Origin: an uncultured Christensenella sp.
Lineage (GTDB): Bacteria; Bacillota; Clostridia; Christensenellales; Borkfalkiaceae
Length of the DNA: 64,000 nucleotides
Direction of reading: 5' to 3'
NCBI GenBank assembly: GCA_910578565.1
Contig: CAJTQF010000004.1
Coordinates: forward strand, 2,170 to 66,169
The position numbers were made by a program, and so were the translations under genes. Positions 55,901-63,229 of the stretch are shown in pieces. Position 1 is the first letter of the stretch. The number at the start of each line of letters is the position of its first letter. Under the pieces are notes generated by a model, which made no database searches, had not been told where the DNA came from, and saw only the letters and a program-made list of their open reading frames with translations.

Positions 55901-57786
55901 TTACAAAAGACGGGCTTACGGGAATAGCGGCATACTATTACGAAAGTTTTGACGTAAAGGCAATTTTGGACGCCGATAAATGGTCGGTGCTTTCCGTAAA
56001 GAACAACGGCAAAACAAATTATTACACTTACGGCGACGAGCTTCCTTACTTGGAAATAGGCGGCGAATATCTGCTTTCCGCATATGACAGGCTTGGCAAC
56101 GGTTATTCGTTTACGGTGTTTATTGTGGGCAATCCCGCTACGATTACGATAAATAATAATGCCGACGACACGGCTTTCGATTTGGCAATCACACTTGAAC
56201 AGCGTTTCGACACGCTTGTATTCCTTGAAGTACGCAGAAACGGTGCGCTGCTTGACGGTATATCCGCAAGCGTTCTGAATTACACATTCGACCGTGCGGG
56301 AACTTATGTTCTTACCCTGCGCGACAACTTTGGACGTACTATTACGAAAGAATATGTGTTTGTTAAAGCATTGCCCGAAGGCGAACTTATCGGCGTGGAA
56401 AACGGCGGCAAAACAAAATCCGATGTTACTTTTACATTTGACAGCGAAAAATACTATGCTGTCGTTACCAAAAACGGACAAGCATATACCACAGATTACA
56501 GCGGCGAATTATTCTTTAACGCGACCGACGAAAACAGCGGAATCTATGATATTCGCCTTTTCCGTTTGACTGATAACGAGAATTATTCCGATTACGGATT
56601 TGTCGTTAACACACTTGCGCCTAACTTCGATTTGACCGTTGCGGACGGCTCGACTACGAACAAGAACGTTACCGTATCTTGGTCGGAAAGCGACATTGAA
56701 AGCGTGGTCTATTCGTTGAACGGCAGCGAACCCGTAACGCTTGAAAACGGTGCAATCCTTTCCGCCGAAGGCGTTTATATCGTTACGGCAACGAACGATT
56801 TGGGAACGCAGTTTGCAAAAACATTTACGATTGACAAGACGCTCGACTACTATGTCGTTATGGGTAATCAGCCTATGCAAAACGTCGAAGTAACCAGCGA
56901 TACGGTTGCCGTTTTCAATAACGAAGAGCTTTCCGTTTCGGTTACGAAAAACGGCGAGTTTTTCGATTATTCATTCGGGGACGTGCTTTCCGATGAAGGC
57001 TATTATACGTTCCGCATAAACGACGAATTCGGCAATACGACTACGTTCTCAATGACTATTGACAAGAGCGTTTCATATTCGGCGAACGTTGGCGACGGAC
57101 TTATATCGAACGGCAATGTTCAAGTTACAAACGGTGAAAAACTGACCGCAACCGTAACCAAAGATAATTTGATTTTGGACTATGAATTCGGGCAATTTCT
57201 CGACGACGAAGGTTACTATAAATTCGTATTGCGCGATGTTTACGGCAATGAAAAATCTTTTGAATTCCGAATTGTAAAAGGCGTAAAAACGACGCTTGAT
57301 TACACACTCGGCGAGAATGTTTCCGTACTCACAATCGACCGCAACGGCGAAGAAGTTTTGCACGACGGCAATCGCTTGAACTTTACCGTAAGCGGAGTTT
57401 ATACCGTTACGGCAGAAGCCGACGGAATGACGTATTCGTTCATTCTTGAACTTGACAACACCGCACCTACGCTCGACCTTATCGGAGTGAAAGACGGCGG
57501 CATTTCGGGTAAATCCGTTACGCTCGATAACCTTTCCGAACCTGCAACAGTCGAAGTCTATAAAGACGGCGAACTTATCTCTTATGAACTTGGAAGCGAG
57601 CTTAAAGAGTACGGCGAATACCGCGTTGTAGTAACCGACGAAGCTGGCAACACAAACGAATATAATTTTACGTTGAAATATAAAATGGACGGGGGGATCA
57701 TTGCTCTTATTGTAATATGCGTTCTTGTCACAACGGGGTGCGGTGTGTTCTTATTCATCAAAAAACGTAGACATAGAAGATCCTAA
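52978..57786 (+). CDS. giant secreted surface protein, paralog 2 (1,602 aa from the ATG at 52978)
   Basis: AGGAG RBS and a signal peptide ending ASA-AS. It is collinear with paralog 1 along its whole length. The C-terminus is YKMDGGIIALIVICVLVTTGCGVFLFIKKRRHRRS. Confidence 0.7.
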   Translation: MKLKMKLYIILPTLICLVILCGIIGFMSVKPLYASAASIASVQTLMETEHTKHDVFDSNMDDIHINPYSESKTVKTGIQFYCSENTGTTTSTAAIILNSNSINIDFTNAQSLYRPAAAHLYLETGYTFSIKNSSGATVWFASMAGRIEYDMYTGEEVYHKQININGSIKNSQSQDFGSLHFLPSEFGNQRVYLDYGNYTIAISRTYEWTDMDFYCGNSMMFSTSNLSGMLVIVSDKITMSMKSVTTDIEIENGDYVNDRVTVTASSGSFHKLYYKTPTSSVYSSTTSKTYTTSTTNGWYYFYAENAFGTASETLSFYYDSVAPTGTIRSNGSVVTSGGCVGKSFSYSATDNGSGISKLYCKTPVSGIYAEYSSGTIFPANSDEGWYYFYAIDRSGNQSATASVYLENTAPHIEIFRNDKLAFSKDLSVSENIDTDIYLNPNDRIKVTCDTSSGRATCNYTLNTNTTIGSAYTDRHYTITVTSATGIVGNFTYHIVRSKPIIMIDGNGYTSGSTLYFNSDQSVSFMDDTIIDDSKDTGATVQWNGNSEFFSYKSGNGKTLTTASGTETRYNLTLNDRAGNESTFTVYIDKLAPTGNWKSDGTNLPNGGYTNKSLSFHFTETGTTATYSHNGGEYNTYASGRTLTADGRYTVILTDRANNKSTFTAHIDTIPPTGQMYANYAPIGSGAITNGKVYFTWDGNLTATVNGSSYTKNTVLSKDGTYTFRLTDSAQNTATYSVTIDTIAPTYNADKLQSQPKMITRWYVVKFDGKNYSFADYNEALAFACDKEFKANVTVLSLDRLEDFNQHHLVVGGDEVRTGTYWLYKSQANPDSRLYYFNRERLNGVIAYYAKNNVSTVNYFTLDGDNVYGDSADSMSDNVFTAPDGASAPVLNGFVFDRTDGSEMFAELMGASGTRIRIEYGIAFDAQVTVGGLYKFTELDEAGNATVFYGFLDLVAPELKVTATIYGNGSETELFITKDGLTGIAAYYYESFDVKAILDADKWSVLSVKNNGKTNYYTYGDELPYLEIGGEYLLSAYDRLGNGYSFTVFIVGNPATITINNNADDTAFDLAITLEQRFDTLVFLEVRRNGALLDGISASVLNYTFDRAGTYVLTLRDNFGRTITKEYVFVKALPEGELIGVENGGKTKSDVTFTFDSEKYYAVVTKNGQAYTTDYSGELFFNATDENSGIYDIRLFRLTDNENYSDYGFVVNTLAPNFDLTVADGSTTNKNVTVSWSESDIESVVYSLNGSEPVTLENGAILSAEGVYIVTATNDLGTQFAKTFTIDKTLDYYVVMGNQPMQNVEVTSDTVAVFNNEELSVSVTKNGEFFDYSFGDVLSDEGYYTFRINDEFGNTTTFSMTIDKSVSYSANVGDGLISNGNVQVTNGEKLTATVTKDNLILDYEFGQFLDDEGYYKFVLRDVYGNEKSFEFRIVKGVKTTLDYTLGENVSVLTIDRNGEEVLHDGNRLNFTVSGVYTVTAEADGMTYSFILELDNTAPTLDLIGVKDGGISGKSVTLDNLSEPATVEVYKDGELISYELGSELKEYGEYRVVVTDEAGNTNEYNFTLKYKMDGGIIALIVICVLVTTGCGVFLFIKKRRHRRS

Positions 57787-57900
57787 TAATCGAAAATATA
57801 GCGCAATCACTATTAAAATCAGTCTAGGAAATTGTAATACTGAAATCAAAAATTTTGGACATTATTTTGTCGAAAAATAGAGAAAATTTTCAATAAAGGA

Positions 57901-57929
57901 TTGACAAAATTATGCCGATATGATACACT
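57901..57929 (+). promoter_or_regulatory. extended -10 promoter (TTGACA-17 nt-TGaTACACT)
   Basis: TTGACA at 57901-06 and TACACT at 57924-29, preceded by TGA. Confidence 0.5.
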
Positions 57930-57935
57930 TTAAAC

Positions 57936-58146
57936 ATAGCAAGGGGTTGCGCCCAGGCTCTCGATACGTTGGGAATTCACAGCGTTAGACCTGTTCGTAA
58001 GGCAGGGAATCGTTACGGATTTTGCGCAATGAGCGAATCCACAATGGCGCGGCTCGTTGAGAATTAAAGCCGAGAGACTAGTAAATAGTACAGAGTCAGG
58101 GATGCACGTGACTAATCTGCATCGTACTGGCTCTGTATTTATTTTT
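57936..58146 (+). ncRNA. structured leader RNA of about 210 nt ending in a long intrinsic terminator (candidate riboregulator or attenuator, class unknown)
   Basis: No ORF. Candidate helices are GCGCC/GGCGC, GGCTCTCG/CGAGAG(A)C, CCTG-TTCGTAAGG-CAGG and GGATT..GCG-AATGA-GCGAATCC. The terminal hairpin pairs TACAGAGTCAG (58089-99) with CTGGCTCTGTA (58127-37) and is followed by TTTATTTTT. Confidence 0.4.
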
Positions 58147-58180
58147 ATGGGTTTTGCGGAAGAATCTAAGGAATACGATA

Positions 58181-58609
58181 ATGAAAACTAACAAAAAGAA
58201 AAAATCTATAAATTACAGTACGCTAAAATGTCCGTATTGCGGCGGAACCGTAGTCTATCGAAGCGCGGACGGAATTTACAAGGATAATAGCAGCGGAACA
58301 ATGCTGTGTGTGTGTTCGCATTATCCTGATTGCGACGCTTATGTGCGCGTGCAACCGGGGACAAGAATTCCGATGGGAACAATGGCGGACCATAATTTGC
58401 GGGCATTGAGAATTACGACGCACAGGCAGTTTGATAAATTGCATCTTAAAGGATATATGACGAGGAAAGAAGCCTATATGTGGCTTGCTAATCTTATAAG
58501 CGCTCCGCTTTCACAAGCTCATATCGGGTATCTCGGCGAATATTACTGCAATCTTGTGCTGCAGGAGAGTGAGAAACTTTTGAAAGTAAAACAAGCACTT
58601 AAAAAATAA
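58181..58609 (+). CDS. DUF3268-like zinc-finger protein
   Basis: The LKCPYCGGTVVYRSADGIY....MLCVCSHYPDCDAYV pattern is followed by HRQFDKLH...RKEAYMWL...AHIGYL. An ATG start at 58181 is suggested. Confidence 0.55.
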   Translation: MKTNKKKKSINYSTLKCPYCGGTVVYRSADGIYKDNSSGTMLCVCSHYPDCDAYVRVQPGTRIPMGTMADHNLRALRITTHRQFDKLHLKGYMTRKEAYMWLANLISAPLSQAHIGYLGEYYCNLVLQESEKLLKVKQALKK

Positions 58610-58622
58610 AAGGAGTAGTGGC

Positions 58623-59000
58623 GTGAAAAAGCGAATGATTTTTTTGATTCCGGTGGCGGTGTTCATCGGAATTTTTATTTTATTTCAAACCGTGTTTTTT
58701 ATCGGTTTCGTTCCTTCCGAGTCGATGGAACCGACGTTAAAAACAAATAGTCTGATATTCGGTATGCGAGTCTTTGGCGATTTAAGCGAAGGCGACATTA
58801 TTGTGTTTGAGCATGAAGACAAGATTTTGGTAAAGCGTATCGCAGGAACAGCCGGACAGAAAATAGAAGCGGAAGGGAAAACGTATTTGATACCTGAAAA
58901 TTGCTATTTTGTAATGGGGGATAATCGGGATAATTCTTGGGATTCTCGGTTTTGGGAAGATCCATTCATAAAAAAGAGCAGTGTGATTGCAAAGTTGTGA
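58623..59000 (+). CDS. signal peptidase I (short, element-encoded)
   Basis: GTG start after AAAGGAG and an N-terminal TM. S26 boxes are SESMEPTL, VKRIAGTAG and GDNRDNSWDSRFW. Confidence 0.8.
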   Translation: MKKRMIFLIPVAVFIGIFILFQTVFFIGFVPSESMEPTLKTNSLIFGMRVFGDLSEGDIIVFEHEDKILVKRIAGTAGQKIEAEGKTYLIPENCYFVMGDNRDNSWDSRFWEDPFIKKSSVIAKL

Positions 59001-59070
59001 TATAGCCATAATGCTCGTTGACTTTCGCCCTAAAATATGATAAAATTTATAATTAAGGAAGGTAATATAA

Positions 59071-59235
59071 ATGACTGTTAAAGTATGTCCGAATTGTGGA
59101 GCAGAAAATAAAGGACTTAATTTGGTTGAAACGAATGGTATCTTTATTTGCAGTAACTGTAAAAAAGTCATAGATGCTACAGATAATAAAATTTTAGATA
59201 CAGATCAGCCTGAAAATATAAAAAAAATTAAGTAA
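59071..59235 (+). CDS. small zinc-ribbon protein (54 aa)
   Basis: This ORF is not in the ORF track. It has an AAGGAAGG RBS and the product MTVKVCPNCGAENKG....FICSNCKKV. A strong terminator follows. Confidence 0.5.
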   Translation: MTVKVCPNCGAENKGLNLVETNGIFICSNCKKVIDATDNKILDTDQPENIKKIK

Positions 59236-59251
59236 AATTTCATTAATATAA

Positions 59252-59286
59252 AAGGAGCTACGTTGTTTGCGTAGCTCCTTTTTTTT
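59252..59286 (+). terminator. intrinsic terminator
   Basis: An 11-bp stem AAGGAGCTACG / CGTAGCTCCTT followed by a T6 run. Confidence 0.7.
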
Positions 59287-59423
59287 CATTTAATTCAAAA
59301 GCAACAAAAACTATCGGGTGCTATGTTAAGCGTGCTTTTGATTTTATTTTCTCACATTTTTAAACTATTAGAGTTGTTATGTTATAATCGACTTAATTCG
59401 ACAAAATCAGTTATAGGAAAATA

Positions 59424-59588
59424 TTGTCATTTGGTTTAAGATGTGTTATACTGATTTCATAAGTTTCTTTATTGCAGTTGGCAATAATAGTTTCTGAGTT
59501 TCAAAGTGTCTGTTTCGTGCAGGCATTTTTGTTTAATTGGCCAAAAGGCAACCCAGCGCTCCGAGAATTGATTTCTTGGTGCGCTTTT
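59424..59588 (+). ncRNA. candidate small transcript upstream of the HipA-like gene (promoter plus terminator, no ORF)
   Basis: The promoter is TTGTCA-17 nt-TGtTATACT (59424-52). It contains hairpins TTATTGC-AGTTG-GCAATAA and TGTCTG..CAGGCA plus T5. A 13-bp imperfect hairpin AGCGCTCCGAGAA/TTCTTGGTGCGCT plus TTT ends at 59588. Confidence 0.3.
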
Positions 59589-59687
59589 ATATAGATTCGG
59601 AGTAGGCAATGACTCCATAAATTCACTTTCTCGGCAAATTTTATGATGCGCCGTTACATATAAAATTCAATAAAGCCCTGTTAGTAG

Positions 59688-59716
59688 TTGAAATTTTCTA
59701 TATTTCGTGCTATAAT
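59688..59716 (+). promoter_or_regulatory. promoter of the HipA-like gene (TTGAAA-17 nt-TGcTATAAT)
   Basis: TTGAAA at 59688-93 and TATAAT at 59711-16. It is bracketed by an inverted repeat AAGCCCTG ... CAGGGTTT. Confidence 0.5.
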
Positions 59717-59753
59717 ATCAAAGCAGGGTTTCAATCTCAAAAGGAGGTATCCA

Positions 59754-60893
59754 ATGACATTTGAACTAAAACAATATGACAATGTTCTTTTGAAGTTCCG
59801 TTTGGAAAGAACGGGCTTGGGTGAGATTGTCTATCATATCGATTGGGTGAACGACGAGTTGAAACATTTGCTGCCGATTGGGTTGACTCTCAATCCCGAA
59901 GGTCTTGCAAAATGGTTATCATCTCGAGTGATACCGAAAAATAGAGAGTTCGTTGATCAGATTCTTTCGAGAAGCGGACTTTCTCATAATGATACAATCG
60001 GAATTATTCAGTTGTGTAAAGGTCTTTCTCTTAACGACAGTTATTGGATTGTCGAGGAGGGATTCTGCGGAAAATTTGCAGACTACAATCTTTACGAGAA
60101 TAGTTTTGCTCGCACGTTGGCTTTAATAGCCTATACTGGTTACGGCAGTACAACTCGCAAAGGGTTTACTTCGTCTCCGGAATATACGACAAACGGAATG
60201 CTTCGTAAATGCTGGAGAAGGATTAACAAAAAAATCTATTTATATAAAGGCGGTACGTCAGGAGCAGCCAATGCGGGGAAAGAACCGTATTCCGAATTCT
60301 ATGCGGCGCAAATCGCCGAAAGAATGGGACTTAAACATGTTACCTACGGCTTATCCAAATGGAAAGGACTCGTGTGTTCCACATGTGAGCTGTTTACAGA
60401 CATTAAGACATCGTATGTTCCGATCCATAGATTTTTACCGAATTGCACATTAACGAAGACAGTTGAATTTTTGAAATCACTTGGCGGCAGTTATTATGAC
60501 GAGTTTGCCGATATGATGATATTCGACGCTATTATCTTTAATGACGATAGGCATTTCGGGAATTTTGGTTTAATGGTCGATAATGCAACTAATGAGCCGA
60601 TAGCGTTTGCACCCATTTTCGATAACGGGTTGTCGCTCTTCAACTATGCGATGGAGGATGATCTGCGCGAAATCGAAAAGTATGCTCAAACCAGAAGTCC
60701 GGCATTTGATGGTGTATCTTATGACGCACTGGTCAAAGAGTTTTTGTCGGATAGACAGAGAGAAGAGTTGCGCAAGCTGATCAACTTCAAGTTCCAAAAG
60801 CATTCAAAGTATAATTTGCCCAGTGCTCGACTGAAAACCATTGAGGCATTCATCCAAACACGAGTACAGGAAATATTGGATACGAAGAAGTAA
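59754..60893 (+). CDS. HipA-like serine/threonine kinase family protein
   Basis: AAGGAGG RBS. The catalytic-loop-like segment is IIFNDDRHFGNFGLMVDN and the downstream segment is FAPIFDNGLSLF (the D-x-G equivalent). Confidence 0.7.
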   Translation: MTFELKQYDNVLLKFRLERTGLGEIVYHIDWVNDELKHLLPIGLTLNPEGLAKWLSSRVIPKNREFVDQILSRSGLSHNDTIGIIQLCKGLSLNDSYWIVEEGFCGKFADYNLYENSFARTLALIAYTGYGSTTRKGFTSSPEYTTNGMLRKCWRRINKKIYLYKGGTSGAANAGKEPYSEFYAAQIAERMGLKHVTYGLSKWKGLVCSTCELFTDIKTSYVPIHRFLPNCTLTKTVEFLKSLGGSYYDEFADMMIFDAIIFNDDRHFGNFGLMVDNATNEPIAFAPIFDNGLSLFNYAMEDDLREIEKYAQTRSPAFDGVSYDALVKEFLSDRQREELRKLINFKFQKHSKYNLPSARLKTIEAFIQTRVQEILDTKK

Positions 60894-60930
60894 GACAACT
60901 CATAAATTAATATATTAGCCGAAAGGTCAC

Positions 60931-60970
60931 AAAGCACTCAGAGAGCAATTTGCTCTTTGAGTGCTTTTTT
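60931..60970 (+). terminator. intrinsic terminator
   Basis: A 17-bp stem AAAGCACTCAGAGAGCA / TGCTCTTTGAGTGCTTT (one G-T pair) followed by a T-run. Confidence 0.7.
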
Positions 60971-61071
60971 CATATATTGCAGAAACTGAAAGGTTTCTAT
61001 AACTTTATGTTCCGGGGGTATCGAAAGGTGTTCCTGTTTTATATATAAAAATTTATCAAGGAGGTAAAACC

Positions 61072-61476
61072 ATGACACTGTATTTAACAGTAAAGACCGA
61101 TGTCAAAGACCTGATAATCGACTTCATCGAAGTGCAGTTAAAATCCGGAGAAACCGTATCGCTAAACTGGAAGAGAAGTTGGGTGCAGCGCGGTAAGAAC
61201 GGATTCAGTACGGAATTTGAAGGCGTTTGTTTCAATGCACATTTGGCTACCGGACAACTCGACAGGTTAAAGATGATGCGTGTTAAAGAGGTAGGAATGT
61301 ATTCCGATGAGCACGGCGAAGGACAATTTTCTTTGAATATCGAAAGAATGGAATTCTATGACAACAATAAATGTCTAATATTTCGTAAACCGTATAAGAT
61401 TGTTATGCAAAGTCAAATTCAGGGCGTGGCAATGCAGCAGCTGTACAACAAATTCTTGGCAAGTTCACGGAGGTAA
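61072..61476 (+). CDS. hypothetical protein (134 aa)
   Basis: GGAGG RBS. It is the first of four tightly packed co-oriented small ORFs. Confidence 0.45.
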   Translation: MTLYLTVKTDVKDLIIDFIEVQLKSGETVSLNWKRSWVQRGKNGFSTEFEGVCFNAHLATGQLDRLKMMRVKEVGMYSDEHGEGQFSLNIERMEFYDNNKCLIFRKPYKIVMQSQIQGVAMQQLYNKFLASSRR

Positions 61477-61478
61477 AA

Positions 61479-61913
61479 ATGGAAGAACTTAAAAACAACG
61501 ATATCGATTATATATTGGTCATTGTACCTTTTATAGCCGAAATCATAGCGGCCGATATGCCGAACAAAGTACGCGAGCTTCGGTTTAACGCGATAAGACA
61601 ATTACAGTCCAGACTGGTTTTTTATAAAGAGCTGGGATACATGGAATCACTGTTATGCTCGATTGCAAGGAAAAGAGCGGAGATGATTATGCGTACTACG
61701 TCAAAAATCGAAATGGAAAAAGTAATGCGCGTTCAATGTCCGCACTATGATGGGAACAAGTTCGTTCCGGATCGGTACAATGTGCCCGAAGAAGAAATGA
61801 TCTCATGGGCAGAAACGTCATTAAAGGCTCCGTTAAATGATATCGGGTATCGACGCTATGCAGAACTGTTCAGACAAATTTTCCCTGAGCAGGCAAAAGA
61901 AATATTCAATTAG
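61479..61913 (+). CDS. hypothetical protein (144 aa)
   Basis: The ORF starts 2 nt after the upstream stop, and GGAGG lies within the upstream 3' end. Confidence 0.45.
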   Translation: MEELKNNDIDYILVIVPFIAEIIAADMPNKVRELRFNAIRQLQSRLVFYKELGYMESLLCSIARKRAEMIMRTTSKIEMEKVMRVQCPHYDGNKFVPDRYNVPEEEMISWAETSLKAPLNDIGYRRYAELFRQIFPEQAKEIFN

Positions 61914-61925
61914 GAGAAAACAACT

Positions 61926-62246
61926 ATGGCAAAAACAAAAGATTTAAAAGAATGCAAGCAGGCATTTCAGGGCGTAATAGCAGAGAACTTTGACGGTATG
62001 TGGCTGAAAGACGGTTTCGTGGAAGAATTAATTGAACGTTACGGATTAGAGAGTCTTCTTTATCTGTGTGCGTTGACCATACAAAGCCACGACTCGGACG
62101 GCCGCTATTCTCGAAGGAACAAAGAATGGGCAAAGTCCATAGACATTACCGAAAATGAGTTTGAACGGCGTGAACTGGAAATGAATACTCATCCTGCGGT
62201 TCTCGATGGTATAACCGATATTCTTCTTAGAAGGAGCAGAAAATGA
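61926..62246 (+). CDS. hypothetical protein (106 aa)
   Basis: An ORF with an AGGAGAA RBS, typical of small ICE accessory genes. Confidence 0.45.
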   Translation: MAKTKDLKECKQAFQGVIAENFDGMWLKDGFVEELIERYGLESLLYLCALTIQSHDSDGRYSRRNKEWAKSIDITENEFERRELEMNTHPAVLDGITDILLRRSRK

Positions 62247-62431
62247 TAGATACATCAAAAAGGCTGATTATTGTAGTGCGCAGGGGAATGGTTGATTCTG
62301 TCTATTGCAGTAAGGATTTATCGTTATCCGGCGCAGAGATTATTGACTTAGACTTGACGGATCTGAACAAAATACGCAGAAACAAGTTGAGCGCAAAAAA
62401 AGCCAAAAGGCAAATGCGGCAAATCTATTAA
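62243..62431 (+). CDS. hypothetical protein (62 aa)
   Basis: Overlapping ATGA stop/start with the upstream gene, and an AGGAG RBS. Confidence 0.4.
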   Translation: MIDTSKRLIIVVRRGMVDSVYCSKDLSLSGAEIIDLDLTDLNKIRRNKLSAKKAKRQMRQIY

Positions 62432-62492
62432 CAGGAGGAAGCACAAAGTGCGAATAAAACAATTTAATCAAGACTCAATGTCTAATAATCTT

Positions 62493-62517
62493 TGCGGAAC
62501 TTGTCTTAAGTTCCGCA
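62493..62517 (+). terminator. hairpin terminator
   Basis: A perfect 10-bp stem TGCGGAACTT / AAGTTCCGCA followed by TATCTTTTA. Confidence 0.5.
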
Positions 62518-62559
62518 TATCTTTTATGGGCAAATTAACTAGAAGTAGGAGGTATAACA

Positions 62560-63003
62560 ATGAATAAGAAAATTGATTGGATAGTATTGCTTGAATGTAA
62601 CGGTCACAAATGTGACGTGTGCGGAGAGATTGAATACAACTTTATCGACGGCTTCTGTAATGCTCACACGTTTGGTATGTATAAATATGGACATCCAGAA
62701 TTTCAGTTGGTTCTTAATATGGAGTACAAAATGATTCTATATACGTTAAATACGTTGGGCATACGTGTGCAGGCAGGTAGCGTATTCAAAGACGGCGATA
62801 TTATCGATGACATGTTTGAAGGCTATAAAGTTCTCTTAAAGGAACTCGAGGAAAACGGCAAAAAATTTCTGAGAGTAATTATTCCGGACGCAAACCACAA
62901 GTTCCCCGACGATGAAGGCTGTCAATTAGAATATAGTTATCAGGCTTTGCCGATTGAAGACTTATACAAAAACGATACCTTAGTACATAGGAGGGATAAT
63001 TAG
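62560..63003 (+). CDS. DUF4262-like protein
   Basis: AGGAGG RBS. The NAHTFGMYKYGHPEFQLVL motif resembles the DUF4262 core. Confidence 0.55.
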   Translation: MNKKIDWIVLLECNGHKCDVCGEIEYNFIDGFCNAHTFGMYKYGHPEFQLVLNMEYKMILYTLNTLGIRVQAGSVFKDGDIIDDMFEGYKVLLKELEENGKKFLRVIIPDANHKFPDDEGCQLEYSYQALPIEDLYKNDTLVHRRDN

Positions 63004-63005
63004 TA

Positions 63006-63213
63006 ATGTTCAGAGAAGAAATTGAAATTTGTCCTTACTGTGAAAAGGAAATTGCAAAGAAGTGGGATGTCGAGAATAACGGCTATCAAGTAACCTGCCC
63101 GAACTGACGATGCTTGTCTTCATAGCGAAGATAACGAAAAAATGCGTTGCAACTGGTCGGAAGAAAACGGGTGCTTTAGGCATCCAAAAGAAAAATCTAA
63201 AAAATCAAACTAA
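63006..63213 (+). pseudogene. small Cys-rich zinc-ribbon-like ORF split by a +1 frame change at about 63105
   Basis: Frame 0 gives MFREEIEICPYCEKEIAKKWDVENNGYQVTCPN and then TGA. Frame +1 from 63106 continues DDACLHSEDNEKMRCNWSEENGCFRHPKEKSKKSN and ends at TAA (63211-13). Confidence 0.3.
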
Positions 63214-63229
63214 CAGGAGAAAAATTATT

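Larger units (their letters stand above)
48042..57786 (+). repeat. tandem duplication of a ~4.85-kb gene (diverged paralogs)
   Basis: The proteins align by eye end to end. For example, FSYSATDNGSGVVNIYYKTPVSGTY matches FSYSATDNGSGISKLYCKTPVSGIY, and HIVRSKPTITIDGK matches HIVRSKPIIMIDGN. Confidence 0.7.

Noticed and set aside
46919-56481. Many long antisense ORFs lie opposite the S1-domain gene and the two giant surface-protein genes. Examples are 46919-48004 (361 aa), 48843-49736 (297 aa), 49899-50633 (244 aa) and 55645-56481 (278 aa).
   Set aside because: Their translations are Arg/Cys/Ile/Val-rich with no recognisable motifs, signal sequences or RBS. The plus-strand frames carry clear domain signatures and paralog conservation. 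The open antisense frames are the expected by-product of the biased codon composition (many ACN, GGN, GAY and AAY codons).
57936-58146. I tried to classify the leader RNA as a T-box, c-di-GMP, preQ1 or other familiar riboswitch.
   Set aside because: None of the signature sequences I can recall for these classes is present. It is reported only as an unclassified structured leader.
62448-62567. A 39-codon GTG-initiated ORF with an AGGAGG RBS lies between the 62-aa gene and the DUF4262 gene.
   Set aside because: Its centre is a perfect 10-bp hairpin followed by a T-rich tail, which is better explained as the terminator of the upstream four-gene unit. Coding cannot be excluded.
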